The translations under genes and the position numbers were made by a program. A stretch of DNA of 64,000 nt, taken from an uncultured Bdellovibrio sp. GTDB taxonomy: Bacteria > Bdellovibrionota > Bdellovibrionia > Bdellovibrionales > Bdellovibrionaceae. Each line of letters begins with the position of its first letter. The stretch's first letter is position 1. Positions 27,957-38,045 of the stretch are shown one piece after another. A model generated the notes under the pieces. The model saw only the letters and a list, made by a program, of their open reading frames with translations, was not told the origin of the DNA and searched no databases. The DNA lies in contig CAWVRN010000012.1 of assembly GCA_963932905.1 (NCBI GenBank), forward strand, positions 48,019 through 112,018, read 5' to 3'.

Positions 27957-30101
27957 ATGAGTTTCAATCGATCTGATTACAAACCTAGAGTGAATCCAAA
28001 CAAAGGCAAAACTCCGCCTTTGGAGTTAAAGACTCAGGTCCAGTATGTAAAGGGCGTCGGTCCTGCGTTAGGTGAAATACTAGCAAAAAACGGTGTGCGC
28101 ACGGTGAAAGATTTAATCGAGATCTTTCCGCGTACGTATGAAGATCGCCGCAGCGGAATCAAAATCAAAGATTTGAAATTAGATCAATTGGTCAGTATAA
28201 AAGCGCAGTTGATCAAAGTGCAAAGTATACCACTAGGTCGCACGAGTCGCAAAATATATGACATCACCCTGCAAGATTCGTCGGGGCAAATTCACTGTAA
28301 GTTTTTTCGAGTTCCTTACAAAGGTTATTTCGAACGTTTCAAACCATTCCAGGATATTCGCGTCGTTGGCAAAGTGATCGATTATCGTGGCCGGTTGGAA
28401 TTTCATCATCCTGATTTACGCGATATCGACGAAGAGGAAGAATTGCAAGATGAAGTCATTCCTGTGTATGTCGAGATGGAAGGCATCAGCAGTTTCAAAT
28501 GGCAAAAGCTGATTCGTTTTGCATTAAGTGAAGTGATGAAAAACGCCGATAATTTAACCTACGAGCCCTTGCCAAAATCGGTTCGTGAAAAAGCGCAGCT
28601 GACGGGTTATTTCAACGCCATCAAATCGGTGCACTATCCCGATAAAAATAAATACCTAGAATATTTAGAATTGCGAAGTCCGGCGCATCGACGCCTAATT
28701 TTCGAAGAATTCTTTTTGTTAGAGACATTTTTGTTTTCTAAAAAACTAGGATTACAGAAAGAAAATTCGCCTGTGTATAAATCGCAAGGGGAATTGAAAA
28801 AGAAAGTTATTGGTAGTTTGCCATTTCAATTAACTAACGGGCAGTTGAACGCCATCACGGATATAGAAAGCGATTTTGTAAAAGGCCACCCAATGCATCG
28901 CTTGATTCAAGGGGATGTGGGCTGCGGAAAAACATTAGTGGCTTTTGTCGCCGCCGTAATGATGAAAGAAAATAACTACCAAAGTTGTATCATGGTACCT
29001 ACTGAAATTCTGGCAGAACAACACTATAAAAATGCGGTTAATTATTTAACTGGCCACGGTTTAACAGTGGCATTGTTAACTGGAAAAACCAAAACCAGTG
29101 AACGCCGCGAATTGTTTGCTAAATTAGCCGAAGGCCAGATTGATTTATTGATCGGCACACATGCCTTGTTAGAAGATGACGTTGTATTTAAGAGCCTCAG
29201 TCTAGTTGTCATCGATGAACAGCATCGTTTTGGTGTGAACCAACGGGCGAAATTAAAAGCCAAAGGCGCTTCGCCACATTTTCTGGTGATGACGGCGACC
29301 CCCATTCCGCGAACTTTGTCGATGACTGTGTTTGGTGATTTAGATGTCACCCTGATCAAGGAATTGCCTCCGGGGCGTACGCCCATCCAAACGCGCGCGG
29401 TATTTCAAAATAAAATGTCACAAGCGTTAGATTTCATGAAACAGCAAGTAGAAAAGGGACGTCAGGGCTATATCGTTTTCCCATTGGTTGAAGAAAGCGA
29501 AAAAATTGATTTAAAAAACGCAACAGATGAATTTGAACGACTGAAAGTAGAGTTTCCGAAAATACGCTGGGCCTTGTTGCATGGAAAAATGAAGCCTACC
29601 GAAAAAGAAGAAATCATGAACGCGTTTAAAAACAGAGAGTTTGATGTACTAGTTTCTACAACGGTCATTGAAGTGGGCGTCGACGTGCCCAATGCGAATA
29701 TCATGTTGATTGAACATGCCGAACGTTTTGGACTGTCGCAATTACATCAGCTGCGCGGGCGCGTAGGCCGCGGGGAACATAAGAGTTTTTGTATCCTGAT
29801 CATGGGCTATGCGGTGAACGAAGAATCCAAAGAACGTGTTAGTTTCATGGAAAAAAGCACCGACGGTTTTGAAATCGCCGAGTTTGATTTGAAGATTCGT
29901 GGACCAGGTGAGTTTTTAGGAACTAAACAATCGGGCTTGATTAGCTTTAAATTAGCGGACCTAATTAAAAATCAAGACATTCTTATCGAAGCGCGCGGTT
30001 ATGCGGCCGACGTATTAACGGCTGATCCTAAACTGGAAAAATCCGAAAATGCATTTATCAAGCAACATTTGCAGATTAAGAAAGACGCTGACCTAGGTTG
30101 A
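27957..30101 (+). CDS. recG: ATP-dependent DNA helicase RecG
   Basis: QGDVGCGKT, PTEILAEQH, IDEQHRFG, MTATPIPRT, QLRGRVGRG, DLKIRGPGE...QSG. Confidence 0.98.
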   Translation: MSFNRSDYKPRVNPNKGKTPPLELKTQVQYVKGVGPALGEILAKNGVRTVKDLIEIFPRTYEDRRSGIKIKDLKLDQLVSIKAQLIKVQSIPLGRTSRKIYDITLQDSSGQIHCKFFRVPYKGYFERFKPFQDIRVVGKVIDYRGRLEFHHPDLRDIDEEEELQDEVIPVYVEMEGISSFKWQKLIRFALSEVMKNADNLTYEPLPKSVREKAQLTGYFNAIKSVHYPDKNKYLEYLELRSPAHRRLIFEEFFLLETFLFSKKLGLQKENSPVYKSQGELKKKVIGSLPFQLTNGQLNAITDIESDFVKGHPMHRLIQGDVGCGKTLVAFVAAVMMKENNYQSCIMVPTEILAEQHYKNAVNYLTGHGLTVALLTGKTKTSERRELFAKLAEGQIDLLIGTHALLEDDVVFKSLSLVVIDEQHRFGVNQRAKLKAKGASPHFLVMTATPIPRTLSMTVFGDLDVTLIKELPPGRTPIQTRAVFQNKMSQALDFMKQQVEKGRQGYIVFPLVEESEKIDLKNATDEFERLKVEFPKIRWALLHGKMKPTEKEEIMNAFKNREFDVLVSTTVIEVGVDVPNANIMLIEHAERFGLSQLHQLRGRVGRGEHKSFCILIMGYAVNEESKERVSFMEKSTDGFEIAEFDLKIRGPGEFLGTKQSGLISFKLADLIKNQDILIEARGYAADVLTADPKLEKSENAFIKQHLQIKKDADLG

Positions 30102-30110
30102 ATTGAGCCG

Positions 30111-30147
30111 AAAAAAAAACCACTAACCCGATAAGGATAGCGGTTTT
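30111..30147 (-). terminator. Intrinsic terminator of the P450/di-heme operon (possibly bidirectional with recG)
   Basis: Minus strand aaaaccgctatcc-ttatcg-ggttagtgg followed by T9. Confidence 0.7.
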
Positions 30148-30156
30148 CTTTTTAGT

Positions 30157-32469
30157 TTAGTAGTTGTCAGATTGTTTTTCCCACGCATACTCCGGTTCAG
30201 GCGGTAAGTATTTGAGGAAATTAATCAGGTCTAATTTTTCTTCTCTAGATAACTCGGTACCCCAGTTGTGACCCATGTTTGAGTTACCCATTGGTTGACC
30301 GTTTTTATCTAATTGCAATGTATTGAAGCATAGCATTTCCTCGTCCTCACCACATGGGCGATCTCCTGGACGTTTCCAGTCTTGGAAACCAATGTTAACT
30401 GGATCGAATTTGTTAGATTTAACATTGAAATATTTAGGACGCTCAGTATCTCGAGTTAATAGCAGCATCAAGTTCGGAACGGAACCGTTGTGTAGGAAAG
30501 GCGCTGTGGCCCAGATTCCCGAAAGATGTTTTGCTTTATAACCATGGCCTTTATCTATTTTTCCGTAATTGTTATCTTTTTTGTTTTGAGTCGAACCTAA
30601 ATATGTATCGCGGAAGAATTCAAAACCGCGAATATCACGGAATTCCATTCTCTCCTGTTGTTCAGGTGCGATATTATATTGTTGATAGTAGCGAGCTTTG
30701 ATTCCAGCCACATCATCAAAAATTTTCTTTTCAAACGGAATTTCTACTACGTCACCTTTTTGAGTACGTACTTTGACCGGAACGACGGCATTTAATGCCG
30801 CGCGAACGTCAGTGTCAGGGCTGTATTTGCCATCTTTTGAGGTAAGTGGGAACATGTTGTACTCGCGAAGCACGCCACTTGGTCCAACTAATTTATTTGA
30901 TTCGTGGCACGATTGACAGTTCTGTTTGTAAATGGCGTAACCGTTTTGCAAACGGGCCTGATTCATATCGATTTCAAATTCCTTTAGGTATTTTTGTTCG
31001 TCATCTTTGTTTAGAACCTCTTTAAATACATCATTCCATTCTGGAACTTTGATTTTGTGACCTAGGTTTTCTAAACGATCAAGGTTAGTTACGTTGATTG
31101 TCGTGTCTAATTTGTCAGTAGTGATCATTGCACCTAAACCAAGTGCTTGACCTACGTTTCTTAAAAGAACTGAATTTGAGTTACCGTTGTAGTGTAGGTT
31201 ACCCATGTATTTCAAACCCCAGATCCAAGGTAATGAAACTGGAGCAGTTAAGTCGACCGGGAATTCAGTTCTTAGAACTAAGTTTGAAATACGACCGAAA
31301 GCATCTGTGCGGTTAAACGCCGACGCTGTTTCCATGATGGCTGGATTTGTACCGCCACTTAGGAACGCTAAGAATTTCATACGTTGATCAAGATGACCAA
31401 TATTATCCCCAGGCTGAAATCCGTAAGTTTTTTGTAATAGCAACAAATAAGTCGATTTGATCGCTTCTTGCGAACCAAACATACGCTCTGTTTTCCCTTT
31501 TTTAGCCTTTAATAACGTGATGATTTCAGATGGCCGGCACGCTTTCGTCGCGTCTAACATTAATCTGCCCGCTGTGCCTAAGCTTTGCGATTGTTTCGCT
31601 AGGTTTTGGCAAAAGTGAGATTTGATTTCTTCGGCATCTTCTTTTGGTTTGATGTGGGTTAAACTTGGATTTCTACGTTTGATATCGGCTAAGAAATTTT
31701 CTAAGTTTTTACCTTTAACAAACATTACAATAGTAGAACCAATCAGGTCTTTGAAGAAACCACGGATGTTGACCATGGCCGGTGCACCTTGGATGCGGAA
31801 CTCTGGAGTGAAATGTCTGTTTGTATCGTATGAAACATTACCAGAATGGCAAAGGGCACAGTTTGTACCTATCATACGGATGGATTTGTATTTAACTCCA
31901 TCAACACCGACAATGTCTTTTACGATTTGGTCTTCACGAACAAATTTTCCATCGGCATTTTCAAAAGCGGCATAGGCATCAGCGGAATCGCCTACGTTGT
32001 TTGTTTTGTTAATTAATGAATCGTCAGTTCTTTGAGTACTCCATGCTGCTGTTAAACCTACATAAGGCATGAGGTAGCGAATTTTTTTATCTTGGCCATT
32101 TACTTTTTTAACTGAATCGCGACTGTGAGCTTCCATAAAACCAAATCGTTTATCCATTTCAGCACTGAATGGTTTTGAAACTTTATTGTCATCGTCTTTG
32201 AAAGAAAGTGACTTCAGTGACATGAACCATTCGTAAGGATAAACATCAGCACCTTCGCTCAGATGATTAAAGTCAGCTAAGTCATTACCCTGTAAACCCG
32301 GAGGCGTTTGATGGAAGCACTTTCCAGTTCTTTTATCTAGTGCCGGCTTAGTCAGTGCTTGACCACCAAACTTATATTTCTGGGGTTCGCAATTGTTATC
32401 ATCAGCAGCAAAAACATTTGCTGATACAACCAGTCCGGTAATTAAAATTAGAGTTTTAATCATATACAC
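30157..32469 (-). CDS. Exported di-heme cytochrome c, RoxA/MauG-like peroxidase/oxygenase family
   Basis: Signal peptide (VFA); two CxxCH (CALCH, CQSCH); RTDAFGRI; YKA..L.GIWATAPFLHNGSVP; GNSN.GH. Confidence 0.88.
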   Translation of the reverse strand: MYMIKTLILITGLVVSANVFAADDNNCEPQKYKFGGQALTKPALDKRTGKCFHQTPPGLQGNDLADFNHLSEGADVYPYEWFMSLKSLSFKDDDNKVSKPFSAEMDKRFGFMEAHSRDSVKKVNGQDKKIRYLMPYVGLTAAWSTQRTDDSLINKTNNVGDSADAYAAFENADGKFVREDQIVKDIVGVDGVKYKSIRMIGTNCALCHSGNVSYDTNRHFTPEFRIQGAPAMVNIRGFFKDLIGSTIVMFVKGKNLENFLADIKRRNPSLTHIKPKEDAEEIKSHFCQNLAKQSQSLGTAGRLMLDATKACRPSEIITLLKAKKGKTERMFGSQEAIKSTYLLLLQKTYGFQPGDNIGHLDQRMKFLAFLSGGTNPAIMETASAFNRTDAFGRISNLVLRTEFPVDLTAPVSLPWIWGLKYMGNLHYNGNSNSVLLRNVGQALGLGAMITTDKLDTTINVTNLDRLENLGHKIKVPEWNDVFKEVLNKDDEQKYLKEFEIDMNQARLQNGYAIYKQNCQSCHESNKLVGPSGVLREYNMFPLTSKDGKYSPDTDVRAALNAVVPVKVRTQKGDVVEIPFEKKIFDDVAGIKARYYQQYNIAPEQQERMEFRDIRGFEFFRDTYLGSTQNKKDNNYGKIDKGHGYKAKHLSGIWATAPFLHNGSVPNLMLLLTRDTERPKYFNVKSNKFDPVNIGFQDWKRPGDRPCGEDEEMLCFNTLQLDKNGQPMGNSNMGHNWGTELSREEKLDLINFLKYLPPEPEYAWEKQSDNY

Positions 32470-32471
32470 TC

Positions 32472-32834
32472 CTATTTAAAAGCCAAAGTCAGTAAAGCCA
32501 AAGATGCAGGGAAGGCCTGAATCCAAAAAATACGTTTAGTTACAGATAAAGCGCCGACAACGCCGGCCACGAGTACGCAACCTAAGAAAAAAATTTGCAG
32601 CTGTAATTTTATATGCGCGTCGGGGTGCACCAAGGCCCATAATAAACCAGCAGCTAGGAATCCATTATATAAACCTTGATTCAACGCCATCACGCGAGTT
32701 TGTTGAGCAAATTCAGCCGTCAGACCAAAGATCTCGCGGATACGTTTCTTTTCCCATAGTTTCATTTCCAGAAACATGATGTAAAAGTGAACAAGGCAAA
32801 TCAGTCCCGTCAACAGGGTTGAAACTATGTTCAT
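32472..32834 (-). CDS. DUF1304 family membrane protein
   Basis: HFYIMFLEM..W, A.NQGLYNGFLAAG, CV.VAG..GA, IQA.PA. Confidence 0.9.
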   Translation of the reverse strand: MNIVSTLLTGLICLVHFYIMFLEMKLWEKKRIREIFGLTAEFAQQTRVMALNQGLYNGFLAAGLLWALVHPDAHIKLQLQIFFLGCVLVAGVVGALSVTKRIFWIQAFPASLALLTLAFK

Positions 32835-32836
32835 GA

Positions 32837-35761
32837 TTAATCAACCTTTTCACAATACTGAGACTTATCTGCGATCACGATTTCATTATAAGCACGTCGT
32901 TCCGCCGGTGATAACGCTCCCTCGAATTTGAACGCTGTTTTATCGTAAACTCCATTCACGCATTTGTTGTAGTTTTCGCAGCGAGAAATTTTGCCTTTAG
33001 TTGCTTTGATATTGTCACCAATGCAAGTTCTGAACGTGAAGTTCAAGCGAACATAGAAATCTAATTGCTGGTTATTCATTCTGAACCAGCCTAGTGGGTT
33101 AGCAAAACTTCCGCGGTAATAGTAACGTTGCTGAGCACTGAAGTAATCTTCATGCGAGTATGCGGCATCATAAGAAGCCGGACGAGTGGCTTGCGCATCA
33201 CTTAGCTCGCTTTGATTGATAGGTTTTCCGAAATAGCGGTTTTCGTAGAATGCTTTTTCTGTATCCGTCAAATCAGCAAACGTAGAACATCTGTTAAAGA
33301 TGGTTTTGTGAATTTCAGTTAAACGAACGTTGCCTTTTTCAGTTTGATTACGGATTTCCCATTGATTATCGCCGTATTTCTTTTTGGCAAATGCGTGTAA
33401 CTTGCTGTCGCCATCTGCTTTGTCACGTTTACTATCAAAGACATTGTTGATTTTTTCAGATTCGCTTTCAAAGCAAACATGGAATTTCATCGGCATACGA
33501 CAGTAAAGTAGGTCGTTATTACCTTCACGTAAGTTAGTGGCGTAACCTTGAGACGCTCGGATAGATGAATCAAATAGAATTTTACTTTTTTCCTTTTTGG
33601 TGTCAGTGATATCCATTACAACATCCAGCATACCTTCGTTGCCGGCAAAATCTGAAACATTAGATTGATAACGTTTTTCAAGAGGGTAGTTAGATTTCTC
33701 GATTTTACCATCCATACTGTAGACTAGATTTCCGCTAGCATCTTTAACGATGTTCCAGCCAGATAAGCAACCACGGAAGTGATTACGATCGTAGTCTTTT
33801 AAATACGCTTCAAACGGAACGCTTTGATCTTGGATAGCGATTTTCTTTAATGATAGTGGACGCGCGTCGCTTGAATCATATTCAAGAATCATGCGTTCTG
33901 GAAATGATTCGTCGAATTTATCGGCGCCAAATAATGCACGTGTCGTCATATGTCTGAAATCCAGCTCACCATATGCACCTGGCATTTTACGAACATTCGG
34001 TAAAGACAGAATTCCAGAGATAATTTCTGGAACTTGGATCATAGATACGTAATCACCAAGGCAACGGTGTTTACCGTATCCAAGATGGAAGTATTTGTCA
34101 TTGTGTGGGCTAGCGAAGCGATTGATATCGATAGCTTCCGGATTGGGGAAAGCTTCTGGGTCAAACATTGCTGCCTGTGTCGCAATGATAATATGACTTT
34201 TTGCTTTTAGTTTGTAACCAGAAAGTTCTGTATCTTTTTCTACGTAACGGAAAACAACTGGGTTAACTGGGTGAAAACGTAATACTTCCCAAACCAAGTT
34301 ATTGAATTGTTGCTGCTGAGTACGACCAGCTTTCGCATTTAATGACAATGCTTGAGCTTTTTTAGTTAAGTCTTTGTCGCCTAAAATTAAATTAAGAACT
34401 TGCGAAATCGCCGCTTGAGTCGTTTCTAGTCCACCCACCAATGTACCGATCAAATTCGTGCGAACACGAGATTTAACACGACTAATGATTGTCGCGCGAT
34501 CCAGTTTTGAAAGGTCTTCATCATCTGTTTTTTTGATATAAACTTTATCTTTAACCATATTTAGAAGATCGTCTTCTGATAAGGTAGCGTCGTTAATGTC
34601 GCCGATTGTGATAACCATGCGATCAAGGATGGTTTGCTCTTCACGAGGTTTTTGAGCTAGCGATGCTATGCTTTTGAATTTGCTATCAACTAGTTTTACC
34701 AGCTGTGACTGCATTTCCTGACCAGCTTTAACTGCGGTTTGGGCTTTCTTTGGATCGCCTACAACATTGTGGAAGAAGTCATCTTGCGTAGCACGTGACC
34801 ATTCCATAATTTTTTCTGGCGAAAAACCTTCAAAACCAAAGTATTTGATAGTTAAGATAGCGGGAACACGGCGAGCGATATGGTTAACCAGTTCGATATT
34901 GCCTTCTAGTTTCTTTGTATACGGATTCATTTTTACAAGTTCTAGATTTTTCATCTCTTGTTCGAAGATAGAGCGAACAAGAGGACGAATGCGTGGTTCC
35001 ATTTCTTTAACATCGATCAAACCACGCAGCCAAGTGTGCTCGTGATTGATGGCTTTGCTGTCGTTACCAAGCATGAAATCACCAACGGCATCTTTCATAC
35101 GTTTATGATAGTTTCTAACACTGAATAACTCGTTTTCAGAAAGAGCCTTTTCAACGTCTTTAAATTTGGTAATTACATAAGTAGGGCCGTCAACTTCGTA
35201 TGGTACGTCTTCGATTTTGAGTTTGCCTAATTCCAGGATGCCGTCGTTATCGTTAGCCATTAATGATTTAAATGTTATTAAGCCATTCGCACGCATCCAG
35301 GTCATGAAGTGAAGCAAATTAATTAGATCTGGTTTTAGTAATTTACCTAACTTCAATTTTAATTTTTGATCCGGGTATTTAGAGGTTACGACGCTCAGAT
35401 CGCCATTTTTTAGGGCCTGGGCTTCTTCCCAGAAAGTCATACCTGTTTCAGGATTTAATAAAGCGTAGTCTTTATCCATGTCAGTAAATGCACGGTCTCT
35501 TGCATCGCCTAGTTTTTTGTGCGTTTTAGAAAGTTGTTCACGTTTTGAAAACAGAGATGACTTCATCGCACGGCTAGAGTTAGCGGCATCGTTTAGATAC
35601 AATTTTTTAGTATCTACTGACAAAATCTGTGGCACCAATGGTTGTTGGGCTTGCTGTCTCATTGCTGCGATTTCAGCATCGCTTGGGCGACCTTGCGCTT
35701 GGGCGTAGCTAAATTGAGGAAGGACCATAGACGTTGTTAGTAACCAGCTCACTAATTTCAT
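32837..35761 (-). CDS. Giant cytochrome P450 with signal peptide and N-/C-terminal extensions
   Basis: I-helix GGLETT, K-helix EVLRF, meander DPEAFPNPEAID, heme motif FHLGYGKHRCLG (Cys567); N-terminus MKLVSWLLTTSMVLPQFSYA; AAGGAG RBS. Confidence 0.9.
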   Translation of the reverse strand: MKLVSWLLTTSMVLPQFSYAQAQGRPSDAEIAAMRQQAQQPLVPQILSVDTKKLYLNDAANSSRAMKSSLFSKREQLSKTHKKLGDARDRAFTDMDKDYALLNPETGMTFWEEAQALKNGDLSVVTSKYPDQKLKLKLGKLLKPDLINLLHFMTWMRANGLITFKSLMANDNDGILELGKLKIEDVPYEVDGPTYVITKFKDVEKALSENELFSVRNYHKRMKDAVGDFMLGNDSKAINHEHTWLRGLIDVKEMEPRIRPLVRSIFEQEMKNLELVKMNPYTKKLEGNIELVNHIARRVPAILTIKYFGFEGFSPEKIMEWSRATQDDFFHNVVGDPKKAQTAVKAGQEMQSQLVKLVDSKFKSIASLAQKPREEQTILDRMVITIGDINDATLSEDDLLNMVKDKVYIKKTDDEDLSKLDRATIISRVKSRVRTNLIGTLVGGLETTQAAISQVLNLILGDKDLTKKAQALSLNAKAGRTQQQQFNNLVWEVLRFHPVNPVVFRYVEKDTELSGYKLKAKSHIIIATQAAMFDPEAFPNPEAIDINRFASPHNDKYFHLGYGKHRCLGDYVSMIQVPEIISGILSLPNVRKMPGAYGELDFRHMTTRALFGADKFDESFPERMILEYDSSDARPLSLKKIAIQDQSVPFEAYLKDYDRNHFRGCLSGWNIVKDASGNLVYSMDGKIEKSNYPLEKRYQSNVSDFAGNEGMLDVVMDITDTKKEKSKILFDSSIRASQGYATNLREGNNDLLYCRMPMKFHVCFESESEKINNVFDSKRDKADGDSKLHAFAKKKYGDNQWEIRNQTEKGNVRLTEIHKTIFNRCSTFADLTDTEKAFYENRYFGKPINQSELSDAQATRPASYDAAYSHEDYFSAQQRYYYRGSFANPLGWFRMNNQQLDFYVRLNFTFRTCIGDNIKATKGKISRCENYNKCVNGVYDKTAFKFEGALSPAERRAYNEIVIADKSQYCEKVD

Positions 35762-35855
35762 AAAATCTCCTTTTAGGGATTTCGATTCAGACGTGTGAAT
35801 TGCAAACCGCGAGGAGTCTTGCGCAACTGTTTAAATAGAAAAGATTACAAAAGGG

Positions 35856-35872
35856 TGTCTAAAGTTTAGACA
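35856..35872. promoter_or_regulatory. Perfect TGTC-N9-GACA palindrome upstream of the P450 operon
   Basis: tgtctaaa-g-tttagaca; a second degenerate copy tgtctcaaaatgagtga at 35935-35951. Confidence 0.6.
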
Positions 35873-35975
35873 AAGTGACAATTCGGAAGGGACAGTAAGG
35901 CATTGATTTCTGACGATTTAATCGAATTTTAACCTGTCTCAAAATGAGTGAAAATGACTGATCGATATCACGACA

Positions 35976-37181
35976 TTAGGGTTTGCAGGCGTGGACAAAG
36001 AACTGTTTAACATCAAAAGAATAGTTCATATCCACTTTCACACGTTGATCTTGTTTTAATTCAAGAAAAACTTTGTTCTTGTGAATTTTTGATTTCAAAT
36101 CGAATTTGTATCTTAAACGATCGTCAATTTCATTTTTCATTTCAATTTCAAGTAAGTCTAAACTCAACGATTCCACACGGTCGTGTTTATAAGCTTTTTC
36201 GTTATAGCATAAAGGCGAATAAACGAAATGATTCCTAGATTCCATTTTATTATCTAGTGGCCCAAACTTCCATTGCATCATGTACATTTTTTCGTTTCTC
36301 AACGTTTTCAGTTTTTCCGAAAACTTATCAAATTCTTGCTTAACTTGTTTATTAATTTTCTCTGATAGGTCGTCATTTTTTTGTTTTTCAAGCTGTCGCG
36401 CAGAATCGGTGGTAATTTTAACGTGGCAGGCAGAGTGATTATATCTTGGATAAGAAAATAAATCTAAATGAACGCATGCGAAACTGGTTCCAAAAGCGGA
36501 ATATATTTTAGTGTCCATCCTACGTCTTTGATCCTCAAATAACTGAAATAGTTTTCCATCGGAACTAGAATGGATAATGCCGCGAACTTCATTTCCCGAT
36601 GACATAATCGGCGAACCTGAATTTCCAGGTATCACTTGGCACGGGATGAAATTCACGATCGGGCTTTTATCCGAAGAAAAGTAAGGATTGATAATTGAAT
36701 TTTGAATGGCATCGCAGTTGGCTTTAACGACAATACCGCCGCCGGTTTCCTGATTCGGATCGATTTTGTAAATGGTGTATTGCTTTTCATTTTGGAAGCC
36801 ATCTTGAGAAAAACTGAGTGGCTCACGATTAGTCGATGTTTGAGTTCTTAGAACCGCTAAGTCAACATTTACGGAGTTTGGAATCAGAGGTTCTGATAAA
36901 AACTCGATCGTTTTACATTTTAAAACTTCGGGTTCATGATTCTTCGATTTCGGAAAGACAAAACTGATTCCGTTACAAGCTTCGCGTTCTTTTATCATCG
37001 TTTCAGGCAAGCAATGGCGATTGGTTGCTATTAGATCTCGGGCAACTAAGAAGGCGGTACAACGTTTGTTTTTATACTGCAATTGATTGATGGCCGGCGG
37101 GCAGTCGTCGGGATGTTCACAATAAACTTTACCTTCGGCGACAACCGCAATCAAAACACAGAATAAAAAACCTAATTTCAT
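35976..37181 (-). CDS. Exported trypsin-like serine protease
   Basis: CTAF, TNRHC, DLA, GNSGSP; same layout as 10855-12312. Confidence 0.85.
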   Translation of the reverse strand: MKLGFLFCVLIAVVAEGKVYCEHPDDCPPAINQLQYKNKRCTAFLVARDLIATNRHCLPETMIKEREACNGISFVFPKSKNHEPEVLKCKTIEFLSEPLIPNSVNVDLAVLRTQTSTNREPLSFSQDGFQNEKQYTIYKIDPNQETGGGIVVKANCDAIQNSIINPYFSSDKSPIVNFIPCQVIPGNSGSPIMSSGNEVRGIIHSSSDGKLFQLFEDQRRRMDTKIYSAFGTSFACVHLDLFSYPRYNHSACHVKITTDSARQLEKQKNDDLSEKINKQVKQEFDKFSEKLKTLRNEKMYMMQWKFGPLDNKMESRNHFVYSPLCYNEKAYKHDRVESLSLDLLEIEMKNEIDDRLRYKFDLKSKIHKNKVFLELKQDQRVKVDMNYSFDVKQFFVHACKP

Positions 37182-38045
37182 CTAGCACCCGCCACATATT
37201 CTTTTATATGTGGCGCCGCCGCGAGAATCACGGGAAATAGAAATCAAGAAGCTTTTTCTAGTCGTAGGAACGGACGCAGGAGCTTCGTATTCATTGGTTT
37301 CTTGATTGCTGCTGCGGAAATATTTTAGCACGCCGTCAGTGATGAACCATGTCGTAGTTAGCTCTTCTGATTTATTCTCGGATGATCCATCATCTTTCCT
37401 TTGTGTGTAGATTTGGAAGCTGCTGGGATTGAAAACCATTCCGATAGTAAACTTACCACCCAATGGAAAATCATTGGTGCCTAGACTGACGCCGTTAGAT
37501 TGCAATTGCGCTACAACAGGGTTTTGATTTTTCTCTCCGCTCGCTTTATTACTAACTAAAATACGTTTAACCGTATTTACTGTCTGGCCGCGCGTGTTTG
37601 AAATTTTGTATTCGATCAAATAACCAACGCCATTATATTTGTCCAGATCAGATCGTTGATTAAATATGGTAGCTTCACCAGGAATGACAGCAGTGAACGA
37701 CGGCGCCGAACCTGTAAAATTTTGAGCCATCTCGCTATTGGTAGCCGATGTGATAGTGTTTTGAGATAATGCTACTTTAGTTGCGTTGCCAGCACATGTG
37801 GGTTCGGCGCCCAATGCCACACCGGGATCTACACAGCCGTAGGCTTCGTAGGTCAACGACGTAGTTTCGGCCACATCCGATATAACCGGAGTAATGGAAA
37901 CAGATTCACCGGGGTTCACTTCTGGTTTGTCGGCAATTAGCGTGAGCACTCGTAAATCAGTGAGTTCAACATATTTAGGTAGCTTTGAATCTTGGCAAGA
38001 AGTTAAATAACTGGCCAATATAGTAATTAAAACTAGCTGTTTCAT
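37182..38045 (-). CDS. Lipoprotein associated with the TonB-dependent receptor
   Basis: Lipobox LTSC; LRVLTLIADKPE; C-terminal RD.RGG; coupled to the TBDR gene. Confidence 0.75.
   Translation of the reverse strand: MKQLVLITILASYLTSCQDSKLPKYVELTDLRVLTLIADKPEVNPGESVSITPVISDVAETTSLTYEAYGCVDPGVALGAEPTCAGNATKVALSQNTITSATNSEMAQNFTGSAPSFTAVIPGEATIFNQRSDLDKYNGVGYLIEYKISNTRGQTVNTVKRILVSNKASGEKNQNPVVAQLQSNGVSLGTNDFPLGGKFTIGMVFNPSSFQIYTQRKDDGSSENKSEELTTTWFITDGVLKYFRSSNQETNEYEAPASVPTTRKSFLISISRDSRGGATYKRICGGC

Noticed and set aside
35795..35820. Sigma54 promoter for the P450 operon
   Set aside because: TTGCA is present but there is no GG at the -24 position.
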